Below the pieces are notes generated by a model. It was not told the DNA's origin. It searched no databases and saw nothing but the letters and a program-made list of their open reading frames with translations. Positions 10,782-20,858 of a DNA stretch of 63,817 nt are shown one piece after another (position 1 is the first letter of the stretch; each line of letters begins with the position of its first letter). Source of the stretch: a bacterium (GTDB lineage: Bacteria > Verrucomicrobiota > Verrucomicrobiia > Limisphaerales > JAJXZI01); the NCBI GenBank assembly GCA_021780115.1, contig JAJXZI010000174.1, positions 1 to 63,817 of the forward strand. The letters run 5' to 3'. A program made the translations under genes and the position numbers.

Positions 10782-11513
10782 GTGATTCCGGCCGCTGAAT
10801 TGAAATCGCTCAACGAGCGCTTCAACCAGCAACCCACCGAGGAGATTCTTCGTTGGGCCTGGGAGCGCTTCGGTGCGCGCGCCGCCCTCGGCACGAGCTT
10901 TCAGGGCGCGGGATTGGTGATGATCCATCTGGCGAAGGAGCGCGGTCTGCGCCTCCCGATCTTCACTTTGGACACCGGTTTGCTCTTCGCCGAAACGCTG
11001 GCCCTCAAGGCGCGGTTGGAGGATTTCTTTGGCCAATCCATCGACTCATTGGAGCCGGACCTGACCGTGGAGGAACAAGCCGACATCCACGGTCCGGAGC
11101 TTTGGAAACGGCAACCCGACCTGTGCTGTACCGTGCGCAAAGTCCTGCCGTTGCGCGACAAGCTCGCCGGGTTGGACTGCTGGATCACCGGCCTGCGCCG
11201 CCAGCAATCGGACACCCGTGCCGGCATTGACATCGTGGAAGTCTATGTGTTCGACGAGGACAGCGGCCGCGAGATCGTGAAACTGAATCCGATGGCCAAC
11301 TGGACGCGGGAAGCGGTCTGGGATTACCTCCACCAGCATGGCATTCCTTACAATCCGCTGCACGACCGCGGCTATCGGAGCATCGGCTGCTGGCCCTGCA
11401 CGCGGGCGGCCGGCAACGGCGCGGGCGAACGCGCCGGCCGCTGGACCGGCTTCAACAAAGTCGAATGCGGCATTCACACGTTCCTGCCCAAGAAAGTGGA
11501 TTTTCAGATTTAA
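10782..11513 (+). CDS. cysH: (phospho)adenosine phosphosulfate reductase, Fe-S-type CysH
   Basis: The PAPS_reduct fold is indicated by [16 protein letters not shown] and [13 protein letters not shown]. It also has a CC pair ([10 protein letters not shown]), a CxxC (SIGCWPCT) and the C-terminal KVECGIH motif. The start is assigned to the in-frame GTG at 10782, and no ATG lies nearby. Confidence 0.85.
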   Translation: MIPAAELKSLNERFNQQPTEEILRWAWERFGARAALGTSFQGAGLVMIHLAKERGLRLPIFTLDTGLLFAETLALKARLEDFFGQSIDSLEPDLTVEEQADIHGPELWKRQPDLCCTVRKVLPLRDKLAGLDCWITGLRRQQSDTRAGIDIVEVYVFDEDSGREIVKLNPMANWTREAVWDYLHQHGIPYNPLHDRGYRSIGCWPCTRAAGNGAGERAGRWTGFNKVECGIHTFLPKKVDFQI

Positions 11514-11526
11514 CCGGAGCACCCCA

Positions 11527-12345
11527 ATGCCGATGGACCCTCTTTCCAAACTCGAAAACCAATCCATCTACATCTTCCGCGAGGCGTTCAACAAATTCGA
11601 GCACCTCGCCATGCTCTGGAGCATCGGCAAGGACTCCACGGTGTTGTTGTGGCTGGCTCGCAAGGCCTTTTTCGGGCACGTCCCATTCCCCTTGGTCCAC
11701 GTCGATACGACTTACAAGATTCCAAGCATGATCGAATATCGCGACCAGCTTGTCCGCGAATGGAAGCTCGAACTGGTGGTCGGCAAGAACGAGGAAGTCC
11801 TTCGCGCGGGGCGCACCTTTCCCAACGGCCAGGCGACGCGCGTGGAGTGCTGCGGCACGTTGAAGAAGGACGCGCTCAAGGCGGTCTTGGACAAACACCA
11901 TTTCAACGGCGTTATCGTCGGCGTCCGGCGCGACGAGGAACCGACGCGGGCCAAGGAGCGTTACTTCAGCCCGCGCGACAAGAACATGGAGTGGAACGTC
12001 GCGGACCAACCCCCGGAGTTATGGGACCAGTTCAAGACCGACTTCGAGAAGGGTGCGCACATCCGCATCCATCCGCTGTTGCACTGGACCGAGTTGAACA
12101 TCTGGGAGTATATCGAGCGGGAGAACATTCCGATCATTCCGCTCTACTTTGCCAACGGCCAGGGCGAGCGGTACCGCAGCATCGGCTGCTTTCCCTGCAC
12201 CTTCCCGATCAAGTCGAACGCGCGCACCGTCCGCGAAATCATCGAGGAACTGCGCCACACGAACACACCCGAGCGCGCCGGCCGCGCCCAGGACAAGGAA
12301 AGCGAGGACGCCTTTGAGAAGCTCCGCCGCGACGGTTACATGTGA
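11527..12345 (+). CDS. cysD: sulfate adenylyltransferase subunit 2
   Basis: Matching blocks are [57 protein letters not shown], the HW.ELNIW.YI block and RYRSIGC.PCT. Confidence 0.95.
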   Translation: MPMDPLSKLENQSIYIFREAFNKFEHLAMLWSIGKDSTVLLWLARKAFFGHVPFPLVHVDTTYKIPSMIEYRDQLVREWKLELVVGKNEEVLRAGRTFPNGQATRVECCGTLKKDALKAVLDKHHFNGVIVGVRRDEEPTRAKERYFSPRDKNMEWNVADQPPELWDQFKTDFEKGAHIRIHPLLHWTELNIWEYIERENIPIIPLYFANGQGERYRSIGCFPCTFPIKSNARTVREIIEELRHTNTPERAGRAQDKESEDAFEKLRRDGYM

Positions 12346-12352
12346 GACCCCG

Positions 12353-14254
12353 ATGAGCGCCGCCATTTCCATGGCTCCCACCGAGCAACTTAAAATCGTC
12401 ATCGTGGGCCACGTCGATCACGGCAAGTCCACCTTCGTGGGCCGGCTGTTCCACGACACCGGCTCGCTGCCCGAAGGCAAGCTCGAACAACTCCAGCACA
12501 TCGCCGAGCGCCGCGGCGTGCCCTTCGAGTGGGCCAACCTCATGGACGCCCTCCAGTCCGAGCGCGACCAGAACATCACCATCGACACCGCGCAGATCTG
12601 GTTCCAGACCCAGAAGCGCCAGTACGTCATCATCGACGCCCCCGGCCACAAGGAGTTTCTCAAAAACATGGTCACCGGGGCCGCCAACGCCGAGGCCGCG
12701 CTGCTGGTGATCGACGCCCATGAAGGCGTGCAGGAAAACTCCCGCCGGCACGGCTACCTGCTCAACCTGCTCGGCATCCGTCAGATCGCCGTGCTCGTGA
12801 ACAAGATGGACCTGGAGGACTACTCGCAGGCGCGCTTCCAGCACGTCGAGACCGAGTATCGTGCCTGGCTCAAGTCGATCCACGTCGAGCCGAAGGTCTT
12901 CATCCCCATCGCCGCCAAGCAGGGCGACAACATCGCGTCGCGCAGCGCCCACACGCCGTGGTGGACCGGGCCGACGGTGTTGGAAACGCTCGATGACTTC
13001 AGAGTCTCCGAGCCGCCGGACGGCCAGCCGCTGCGTTTCCCGATCCAGGACGTGTACCGTTTTGATGATCGCCGGATTCTCGCCGGTCGCGTCGAGAGCG
13101 GCACCATCCAGGTCGGCGACAAGCTCATTTTCCATCCGAGTAACAAGACCAGCTCGGTGAAATCCATTGAGCGCTGGAATGTGGTTGGGACGGCTCCCGC
13201 CGGCGCCGGCGAATCCATTGGCATCACGCTGACCGAACAAATTTTCGTGGAGCGCGGGGCCATCGCCGCGCACGAGACCGCGCCACCCTACGAACTGACG
13301 AAATTCAAGGCCCGCCTCTTCTGGCTGGGTCGGCAGCCGCTCCAACAAGGCCGGTCCTACAAGTTGAAGCTCGCGACGCAGGAGGCCGAGGTGGCCCTCG
13401 ACGCCCTCGACCGCGTGCTCGACGCCTCGACGCTGCAGGTGATTCAGCGCCCCAACGGCGAGGCGTTGGTGGCCCGCCATGAAGTCGCGGAGTTGACCTT
13501 GCGCACGAAACGGCCGATCGCCTTCGACGCGGTCAGCGAGATCATCCCCACCGGCCGCTTCGTCATCGTGGACGGCTTCGACGTGGCCGGCGGCGGCATC
13601 ATCGTGGATGACAACTACCCGCGGCGCACGGCCGACTCGCTGCACAAGAGCCACGACATATATTGGAGCCACGGCAAAGTGACGACCGCGCAGCGCGCCG
13701 GACGCAACAGCCATGCCGGCTGCGTTGTCTGGTTCACCGGCCTTTCCGGCTCCGGCAAATCGACGATCTCCACCGAACTGGAGCGCGAACTGTTCAACCT
13801 GGGCAAGCACGCTTATGTTCTCGACGGCGATAACATCCGCCACGGCCTCAACTCCGACCTGGGCTTCTCGCCCAAGGACCGCAAGGAAAACATCCGCCGC
13901 ATCGGCGAGGTCGCCAAGCTCTTCGCCGACGCGGGCTTGATCTGCATTACTGCTTTTATCTCGCCCTATCGGGGCGACCGCGACCTCGTGCGGCAAATGC
14001 TCGGGCCCGGCCAGTTCATCGAGGTCTTTGTCAATGCCCCGATGGACCTGTGCGAGCGACGTGATCCGAAGGGCCTCTACGCCAAAGCCAAGGCCGGCCA
14101 GATCAAGGAATTCACCGGCATCTCCGCGCCTTACGAGGCGCCGGAGAAGCCGGAGATCGAGTTGCGCACCGACCGGCTCTCGGTGGCCGAGTCGGTCACC
14201 ACGATCCTGGAGTATCTCAACGTTCTCGACACCAGCGGCGCAGTCATGATCTGA
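12353..14254 (+). CDS. cysNC: bifunctional sulfate adenylyltransferase subunit 1 / adenylylsulfate kinase (CysN-CysC fusion)
   Basis: The N-terminal GTPase has [14 protein letters not shown] and NKMD. The C-terminal APS kinase has [25 protein letters not shown] and FISPY. Confidence 0.95.
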   Translation: MSAAISMAPTEQLKIVIVGHVDHGKSTFVGRLFHDTGSLPEGKLEQLQHIAERRGVPFEWANLMDALQSERDQNITIDTAQIWFQTQKRQYVIIDAPGHKEFLKNMVTGAANAEAALLVIDAHEGVQENSRRHGYLLNLLGIRQIAVLVNKMDLEDYSQARFQHVETEYRAWLKSIHVEPKVFIPIAAKQGDNIASRSAHTPWWTGPTVLETLDDFRVSEPPDGQPLRFPIQDVYRFDDRRILAGRVESGTIQVGDKLIFHPSNKTSSVKSIERWNVVGTAPAGAGESIGITLTEQIFVERGAIAAHETAPPYELTKFKARLFWLGRQPLQQGRSYKLKLATQEAEVALDALDRVLDASTLQVIQRPNGEALVARHEVAELTLRTKRPIAFDAVSEIIPTGRFVIVDGFDVAGGGIIVDDNYPRRTADSLHKSHDIYWSHGKVTTAQRAGRNSHAGCVVWFTGLSGSGKSTISTELERELFNLGKHAYVLDGDNIRHGLNSDLGFSPKDRKENIRRIGEVAKLFADAGLICITAFISPYRGDRDLVRQMLGPGQFIEVFVNAPMDLCERRDPKGLYAKAKAGQIKEFTGISAPYEAPEKPEIELRTDRLSVAESVTTILEYLNVLDTSGAVMI

Positions 14255-14413
14255 TTTCAGTGCCGGCGGAGGCTGTCCGCAGATTCAGGGACGACCGTAG
14301 ATGACTGGAGACTCTCTGTGGCCGGCCCCGAATCGGCGGGGGATTCCTTCAGCCGGTTGAGCGGTCGGGGCACGCTGTTGGTCTCCAGTTGTCCCTTGTT
14401 GCCAGCTGGGCGG

Positions 14414-15820
14414 ATGGTTCGCATGAATCGGCTTGGTTGGTTCCGCGTCAAGACATCCATGTTCACGCATTGTGTGCTTGCCCCATCTGAGCCGCGCCGG
14501 TCAGCCACCCAGAGCGTTCCGGTCACTTGGGGAATCCTTCTGTTCCTGTCCGCCATTCCGCCGACAGCCGCCGCCAACGAGGTCGCCGCCGTCGGCGTCC
14601 GTGATTTTCTCGACTCCATCGGAGTGTGTACCCACATCGGCCAAGGGATCGACAATCCGTCGCCGAGCGCCACCGCGCTGGCGTATGCCGGCATCCGCAA
14701 CATCCGGGACGACGGGAATCCCCGCCACCTACAGGATTGGATTTCGGTCCACTATCAAGCCGGCGTCGAGGTGGTGTTGACCCAGAGCGGCCCTGACGAC
14801 GAGGCCATCCCCCGTCCCATCAGTATGTCCCGGCAGCTCGCGGCGGCCGGAGCATTGTTGGCGATGGAAGGTCCCAATGAGCCCAATAACTGGGCCGTCA
14901 CGTATCAGGGACAGAAGTCAAAGGGCGACGCGACGTTCCTACCGGTCGCGCGCTGGCAACGGGAGTTTTATGCCAAGGTCAAAAGCGATCCAGTCTTGCA
15001 GCACTACCCCGTTTTCCATTCCAGCGAGGCCGGGGGAAGCGAGCCGGACAACGTCGGACTCCAGTTCCTGACCATCCCGACGGGCGCGGGCACCCTGATG
15101 CCGGACGGCACGCGGTACGCCGATTACGCCAACGTCCACAATTACATCTGCCGCCGGCCGGCCATCATCGACAACATGGCCTGGCTGAACGCCGATCCGC
15201 TGTTCCACGATTGGTCCGACGGGATCTACGTCGAGTATGGCAAGACTTGGCGCAAAGGTTTCGCCGGCTATTCCAACGCCCAGTTGGCGACGCTGCCGAG
15301 GGTCACGACAGAAACCGGCTGGGCGACGGGCGGCAAGAACCTAACCCAGGAGCAGCAAGGCCGGCTCTACCTGAATCTCTACCTGGCGCAGTTCAAGCAA
15401 GGATTCAAATACACCTTCATCTACATGCTGCGGGATGCCGGCGGTTCGGACGCGGGCTATGGCCTGTTCGACGCCGACTATCATCCAAAGCAGTCCGCGA
15501 CCTATCTTCACAACCTGACGGCGATCCTGTCCGACAACGGCGTCGCCCGACCGGGAAAGCTCCGTTACACAATCCCGAACCCACCCGCCACCGTGCATGA
15601 CCTGCTGTTGCGAAAGAGCAACGGTGCCTTTGAGTTGGCCGTGTGGAACGAAAGGGTCAACGGTACGAACGATGTGACGGTGGACCTGGGCGGCACTCAT
15701 CGGTTGGTGAAGGTGTTCGATCCGACGATCGGCATCGCCCCAATCCAGACCTACGCCAAAGCCCGCTCGGTCCCGTTGACATTGAGCGATCATCCCGTGG
15801 TGATGGAGATATCGGGTTGA
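14414..15820 (+). CDS. secreted clan GH-A (TIM-barrel) glycoside-hydrolase-like protein
   Basis: It has a hydrophobic N-terminal segment, the candidate acid/base motif LAMEGPNEPNNW and the nucleophile-like TTETGW about 140 aa later. The family cannot be assigned by eye. The start is uncertain (14414 or 14423, with the ORF open from 14318). Confidence 0.6.
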   Translation: MVRMNRLGWFRVKTSMFTHCVLAPSEPRRSATQSVPVTWGILLFLSAIPPTAAANEVAAVGVRDFLDSIGVCTHIGQGIDNPSPSATALAYAGIRNIRDDGNPRHLQDWISVHYQAGVEVVLTQSGPDDEAIPRPISMSRQLAAAGALLAMEGPNEPNNWAVTYQGQKSKGDATFLPVARWQREFYAKVKSDPVLQHYPVFHSSEAGGSEPDNVGLQFLTIPTGAGTLMPDGTRYADYANVHNYICRRPAIIDNMAWLNADPLFHDWSDGIYVEYGKTWRKGFAGYSNAQLATLPRVTTETGWATGGKNLTQEQQGRLYLNLYLAQFKQGFKYTFIYMLRDAGGSDAGYGLFDADYHPKQSATYLHNLTAILSDNGVARPGKLRYTIPNPPATVHDLLLRKSNGAFELAVWNERVNGTNDVTVDLGGTHRLVKVFDPTIGIAPIQTYAKARSVPLTLSDHPVVMEISG

Positions 15821-15930
15821 CCCGGTTGGATGGACACCTTGGGGGCGGGGCGCTCAGAATAAGCGTCGATGAACAGAACCAAAGTGACGGAGAACCGGAA
15901 CGCCTCAATGACCACGCTGGGCCCCAAGCC

Positions 15931-16171
15931 AAGCACTTTGACGGGGCCTTCAAGCAACCCGCCGTCGAACATCGGCTCCAGAACGACCAGCCCGGCCCGC
16001 AGATTGCCGCCGAACTGGGGATCCACTACCCCGGCCTCAAAGACTGGAAGCGCCGCCACTGCGGCGACGCGGTGCCTATGCGGGCCCGTTGGGTGGCGGA
16101 GAACCGTGCCCTCAAGGCCGAACCGGCCCGGGTGCGCGCACAACGGGAAATTCTAAAGAAGGTGTGCGGGA
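15931..16171 (+). pseudogene. remnant of an IS3-family transposase OrfA (HTH/leucine-zipper part only)
   Basis: KHFDGAFKQPAVEHRLQNDQPGPQIAAELGIHYPGLKDWKRR...ENRALKAEPARVRAQREILKKV follows the IS3/IS911 OrfA pattern (FK..AV......IA.ELGI....L..W ... E...L..E..IL KKA). There is no proper start, no OrfB and no recognisable terminal repeats. Confidence 0.55.
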
Positions 16172-16301
16172 GTCTGGGACACGGTGTCCCCTCGTCCTCC
16201 AAGAGCCGGACAGAATCGAGGACAAGCATGAACCGCACACATAGTTGGAGGTTTCATGCCCCCCTCACGGCCCGTCGCCGCGCTCCTGGCGAGCGATTGG
16301 G

Positions 16302-17222
16302 TCAAATGTGGGTCTCGCCTGCCGCCTCCGCGCGGCCCTTTTTGGGCAGCACGCGAACGCGCACGTCCTCCATCAACACCAGCGAATCGGGCGGTACACT
16401 CTGCAGTAGGAACACGTTTGCCCCGATGGTGCTGCCGGCGCCGATCACGGTCTCCCCGCCGACGATCGTGGCCCCGGCGTAAATCGTCACGCGGTCTTCC
16501 ACCGTCGGGTGCCGTTTCTTGCCGCGCAGCAGGCGCCCGGCGGACAGGGAGCGCGCCACCAAGCCGACGCCCTGGTACATCTTGACATGGTTGCCGATGA
16601 CCGCGGTTTCACCGACCACGGTGCCAGTGCAGTGATCCACAAAAAAATGCGTGCCAATCTCGGCCCCCGGATGCAAGTCCATGCCCGTCCGCCGGTGCGC
16701 CCACTCGGTCATGATGCGCGGGAGGAGCGGGACGTTCCGGCGGTACAGCTCGTGCGCCACGCGCTGCACGGCGATGGTCTCGATGAAGGGGTAGGCGAGA
16801 ATGACCTCCTCGCGGCTCAGTGCCGCCGGATCGCCGTTGTAGGCCGCCTCGGTGTCCGTTTGCAGCAACTCGCGGACGCGCGGCAGGTAGTCCAGAAACT
16901 CCAGTGTCACCGCGCGGGCGTGCGACCGCACCTCCTTCTTCGGCAGGTCGGACGGTGGATTGTACTCGAAACTCTTGCGGATTTCCTCTTCCAGGCTGGC
17001 CGCCACCGCATCCAGCCGCGTCGCGGTTTCCACCTTGATCTCGGAAGAATGCAGCACCCGTTCGTCGAAAAAGCCCGGGAACAGCAGTCGCAGCAGATCC
17101 TGGGTGATCGCCGCGATGACGCTCTGGGCCGGGAGGTTCTTGCCGTCGAGGTGGTTGATCCCGCCGACGCGGGCATAGGACGCCACGAGCCGCTCGGTCA
17201 ATTGCGTGACGGTCAGTTGCAC
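16302..17222 (-). CDS. cysE: serine O-acetyltransferase (long form)
   Basis: It matches FIETIAVQRVAHELYRRNVPLLPRIMTEWAHRRTGMDLHPGAEIG..FFVDH.TG.VVGETAVIG and the hexapeptide repeats RHPTVEDRVTIYAGATIVGGETVIGAGSTIGANV. The start is placed at the GTG at 17222 to avoid overlapping the upstream gene, and is uncertain. Confidence 0.88.
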   Translation of the reverse strand: MQLTVTQLTERLVASYARVGGINHLDGKNLPAQSVIAAITQDLLRLLFPGFFDERVLHSSEIKVETATRLDAVAASLEEEIRKSFEYNPPSDLPKKEVRSHARAVTLEFLDYLPRVRELLQTDTEAAYNGDPAALSREEVILAYPFIETIAVQRVAHELYRRNVPLLPRIMTEWAHRRTGMDLHPGAEIGTHFFVDHCTGTVVGETAVIGNHVKMYQGVGLVARSLSAGRLLRGKKRHPTVEDRVTIYAGATIVGGETVIGAGSTIGANVFLLQSVPPDSLVLMEDVRVRVLPKKGRAEAAGETHI

Positions 17223-17293
17223 GACCGCAGTATTTGGCAGCGGGCCGGGGAAGGCAAGAAAGCGGAATCCCCTCCGACCTGAAGCACAAACGC

Positions 17294-18643
17294 CTATGCC
17301 CCCGACTCCGCGCGCTCGTCGGACGGCTCCCTGGCAGCCAGGGCTTCCATGACCGCCTCGACAACGCGGGGAACCGTGATCCCGTTCAGGCAGCGGAAAT
17401 CGATCGGGCACTCCCGGCGAAAACAGGGCGAACAGGGCGCGGCCGATTTCAAGAGCCGATGCCGCGGCTCGCCGGGCAGGCCGGGGCCGGTCAACTCCGG
17501 CGAAGTGCTGCCAAACGGAGCGACGACCGGAGTGCCGACCGCGGCGGCGACATGCATCGGCCCGGTGTCGTTCGTGAGCGCCGCGTCACACACCTTCAGC
17601 GCGGCGCACAACTCGCGGAGCGAGGTCCGGCCGGCCAGATTGCGGACCGGCGATGGCGGATGGCCGATGGCCGATTCAATCGCGCGCGCCAGCGGCATGT
17701 CGGCCTGACTGCCGAAGATGACGATGCCGCAACCGACCCGGCGCTGAAGCTCCCCGGCGGCGGCGATGAAATGCCCTTCCGGCCAGCGTTTGGCCGGGCC
17801 GTATTCGGCGCCGGGGATCAGGCCGAGCCAGCGCCGCGCCGCATCCAAGGCGAATTGCCGCCGGATCGCTTCGACTTCGTCGGCCGTGACGTAAAGGAAC
17901 GGCAGGACCGGATCTGGATTCGCCCCAAGCGCCGCGACGAGGCGGAGATACTCGCGCACTTGGTGCGCTTGGGGATGGGCGATTGCCGGTGGCCGATGGT
18001 CGATGGGAACCGCACTGGCCGCGGCAGCGACGAGCCCGCGAATTTCCCGCGATGAGCGTTTGCGCATCTCGAGGCGTTCCGGACGCGGCGGAATCGCTTG
18101 CGTCAGAAACCCATTCCGCCAGGGACGCGCGTAGCCGATACGGTGCGGAATCCGCGCCAGCCACGCTTCCAACGCCGAGCGTGGTGAGTTCGGCAAGATG
18201 AGCGCCACATCGAACAACTGCTCGCGTACCCGCCCGGCCGCTTCCGACACGGCGGCGGCGGCCCCCTCCACCAACACCTTGCCAACGGCTGCTTTGCGAA
18301 CGTCCCGGATGACCTCGGCCGTGGCCGCTTCAAATGCCTTGGCCCCCTCGCGGAATCCTTGGATGACCGCGGGCAACCGCAGCCGCCGCGCGACGGAAAG
18401 CACGCTCTCCCCTCGGCGGTAAGTCAGGACCGCGTCGATGTCCGGATGCTGGAGCCAGAGATCCTTCAGCTTCTCGTGCGTCAACAACGTGATGTGCGCC
18501 TGCGGTTGCGCCTCACGGAGCCGATGCAAGGCGGGCGTCGTCATCACGGCGTCGCCCAGCCAGTTGACGCCGCGCACCAGGATGCGGCGCGGGTGGAGGA
18601 GCGTGGATGAAATCGGGCGTTGGGCCATGCGCAGATTCTTCAA
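17294..18643 (-). CDS. glycosyltransferase family 9 (ADP-heptose:LPS heptosyltransferase, WaaF/WaaC-like)
   Basis: Matching blocks are RILVRGVNWLGDAVMTTPALHRLR, LILPNSPRSAL, IPHRIGY and the C-terminal TNDTGPMHVAAAVGTPVVAPFGSTSP motif. At 449 aa it is about 100 aa longer than typical members because of Ala-rich insertions. Confidence 0.85.
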   Translation of the reverse strand: MKNLRMAQRPISSTLLHPRRILVRGVNWLGDAVMTTPALHRLREAQPQAHITLLTHEKLKDLWLQHPDIDAVLTYRRGESVLSVARRLRLPAVIQGFREGAKAFEAATAEVIRDVRKAAVGKVLVEGAAAAVSEAAGRVREQLFDVALILPNSPRSALEAWLARIPHRIGYARPWRNGFLTQAIPPRPERLEMRKRSSREIRGLVAAAASAVPIDHRPPAIAHPQAHQVREYLRLVAALGANPDPVLPFLYVTADEVEAIRRQFALDAARRWLGLIPGAEYGPAKRWPEGHFIAAAGELQRRVGCGIVIFGSQADMPLARAIESAIGHPPSPVRNLAGRTSLRELCAALKVCDAALTNDTGPMHVAAAVGTPVVAPFGSTSPELTGPGLPGEPRHRLLKSAAPCSPCFRRECPIDFRCLNGITVPRVVEAVMEALAAREPSDERAESGA

Positions 18644-18764
18644 GCGCCTCCCGACTGATTCGCAGGCGAGTTTCCACCGCAGCCGCTAATGTTGGACCGG
18701 GAACGTTGAACCAGGAACGTCGCGCCCCGTCGCCGGGAAGTCGGGCCGTTTGTGGTTTGGGGTT

Positions 18765-19682
18765 TCATTCTTCCAGGGCCGCAGTGGGATGGCCGCGCGG
18801 TTCCCGCCCCGGCGTCTTCCACCGGTTGTGGACCCAGAACCAGTTGGCGGGATCGCGGCGCACCGCGACCTCGAAGGCGCGGTGGATGTCACCCATGATG
18901 TCGAGGGGCGGGCGCGCCCGGCCGTGCTCGCGGGTCGGAATTTCGTCGCCGACCTCGATGCGCCAGCGGGCGAGGCCCACGCGGTAACAAATGGCGGTGA
19001 ACAACGGGCAGCCGTAGCGCAACGCAAACACCGCGGGCCCCGTCGAAGTGCTGCCCTCGTGCCCCAGGAACGGCAGGCGGTAGCCGTTCTGGCCCGCGTG
19101 CTGGTCCGCCAGAAAGCCGAGGATGAGACCGCCCCGCTGCAGGGCGGCCTTGAGCGCGCGCCCCTCGGTGCGCCGCTCGAAATAGAGGCAGCCGGAACGC
19201 CCGCGCACTTGTTGCAGGAGGCGGTTCAAGGAGACCTGGGGCAATGCGCGGTAAGTCGTGGCGCACTGGTAGCCGGCGGACATCTCTCCGAACCGGGCAT
19301 ACAATTCAAAATTGCCGAAATGCCCGATGGCGACGAGCAGGTTGCGCCCCGGCTGCGCTGGCGCCGGTGGGATTTTCTCGACGCCGGCGAATTCGACGCG
19401 CGACCGGAGTGCCGCGAAGTTCATCGCCGCCGTCTTGATCGAGCTGGCGTAGTTCTCGCCGATGCGGCGGAAATTTTCCCGGGCGAGGGCGCGGAGTTCC
19501 GCGGCGGTCTTCTCCCGGCCAAAACACATCGTCAGGTTGCGCAGCACGACCCGCCGGTGCCGGGCGTCGAGCCGGTACGCCAGCGCGCCGCCGAGGCGGC
19601 CCAGGCGGGCGACGCAGGTCAGCGGCAGCGCCTGGAGGAGCGCCACCAGCGTTCGCGCCGCCAGGTAAAGCAACGGTTCCAT
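18765..19682 (-). CDS. lipid A biosynthesis (LpxL/HtrB-family) acyltransferase
   Basis: It has the N-terminal membrane anchor, RHRRVVLRNLTMCFG and the H-x4-E/D acyltransferase motif IGHFGNFE. It is immediately downstream of lpxK. Confidence 0.8.
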   Translation of the reverse strand: MEPLLYLAARTLVALLQALPLTCVARLGRLGGALAYRLDARHRRVVLRNLTMCFGREKTAAELRALARENFRRIGENYASSIKTAAMNFAALRSRVEFAGVEKIPPAPAQPGRNLLVAIGHFGNFELYARFGEMSAGYQCATTYRALPQVSLNRLLQQVRGRSGCLYFERRTEGRALKAALQRGGLILGFLADQHAGQNGYRLPFLGHEGSTSTGPAVFALRYGCPLFTAICYRVGLARWRIEVGDEIPTREHGRARPPLDIMGDIHRAFEVAVRRDPANWFWVHNRWKTPGREPRGHPTAALEE

Positions 19683-19685
19683 GAC

Positions 19686-20858
19686 TCAGCGGAAACAGAT
19701 GCGCCGCACGCAGTCCTGAAAGTCGCTCGCCCCGCTGATGATCTTGATCTCGACGCGCATGAAGTAAATGGGCAGGTCGCGGCGGTCGATTTTGGGGAAG
19801 CGGACGGCGTCCTTTTGTGTGGTCAGGATCAACTCGGCCTGGCGCTTTTTGCCGCGGTTGATGGCCTTAAGGACCTCGATTTGGCGGAAGCGGTGGTGGT
19901 CGGCGAAGCGCTTGGAATAGACCAGCTCCGCGCCCAACCGCAACAGGCTGCCTTCGAAACTCTCCGGCTGGGCGATGCCGCTCAACGAGGCCACCTTGCG
20001 CCCTTTGATCAGTTCCAGCCCGTGGCGGTCGCCGGTGAAGACGTCCTCGAAATAGAGCGGGTGGTGGACGCACTCGATGATGCCGGCGCTCGGATTGTGT
20101 TCCGCAATCCGCGCCCGGAGCCGGGCGGTGTTGCCGTCGCTTTTGGTGATGAAGATGGTGCTGGCGCGGGCCAGGTGGGAGGCGGGCTCGCGGAGCGTGC
20201 CGCGCGGCAGGAGTTGTTCGTTGCCGAACGGCTGCTGGCAGTCCACCAGCACGATGTCATGCCGGCGGCCGGCCAGCCGCCAGTACTGAAAGCCGTCGTC
20301 GAGCAGGAGCGTGTCGCAGCCGAATTTCTCGATGGCGTAGCGGCCCGCCTTCACGCGGTCCTTGTCCACCAGCACGATCACGTCCTTGAGATTCGAGGCG
20401 AGCATGTAAGGCTCGTCGCCGGCGGTCTCCGAGTCCAGGAGCAGGTTCTTGCCGTCCGACACCACGCGCGGCGGGGTGGTTTCGTCGCGCAGGAACAGCT
20501 TGTTGAGCAACCGCCGGCCGAGGGGCGCCGGTCTGGAGCGGTAGCCGCGCGAGAGCACGGCCACGGTGCGCCCCTGGTCGCGGAGTTCGCGGGCGAATTT
20601 CTCCACCACCGGCGTCTTGCCGGTGCCCCCCACGGTCAGGTTGCCGATCGCGATCACCTGCACGCCCAGCGTCGCATCGCGGAGGAGGCGCAAGTCGTAG
20701 AGCAGGCGCCGCGTCTTGACCGCCACCTGGAAGACCTGCGACAGCCCGAACAACGCCCCGCGCGCCAGGGCCGCGCGCTTGCCGCTGCGCTGGCCCTGGA
20801 TCACTTCGAGGACGAAGGTCTCAACCGCTTCCGTCCAAGCTCGGAGTCTTTCCCGCAT
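19686..20858 (-). CDS. lpxK: tetraacyldisaccharide 4'-kinase
   Basis: It has the P-loop GNLTVGGTGKTP, followed by LSRGYRS and DDGFQ motifs. Confidence 0.92.
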   Translation of the reverse strand: MRERLRAWTEAVETFVLEVIQGQRSGKRAALARGALFGLSQVFQVAVKTRRLLYDLRLLRDATLGVQVIAIGNLTVGGTGKTPVVEKFARELRDQGRTVAVLSRGYRSRPAPLGRRLLNKLFLRDETTPPRVVSDGKNLLLDSETAGDEPYMLASNLKDVIVLVDKDRVKAGRYAIEKFGCDTLLLDDGFQYWRLAGRRHDIVLVDCQQPFGNEQLLPRGTLREPASHLARASTIFITKSDGNTARLRARIAEHNPSAGIIECVHHPLYFEDVFTGDRHGLELIKGRKVASLSGIAQPESFEGSLLRLGAELVYSKRFADHHRFRQIEVLKAINRGKKRQAELILTTQKDAVRFPKIDRRDLPIYFMRVEIKIISGASDFQDCVRRICFR

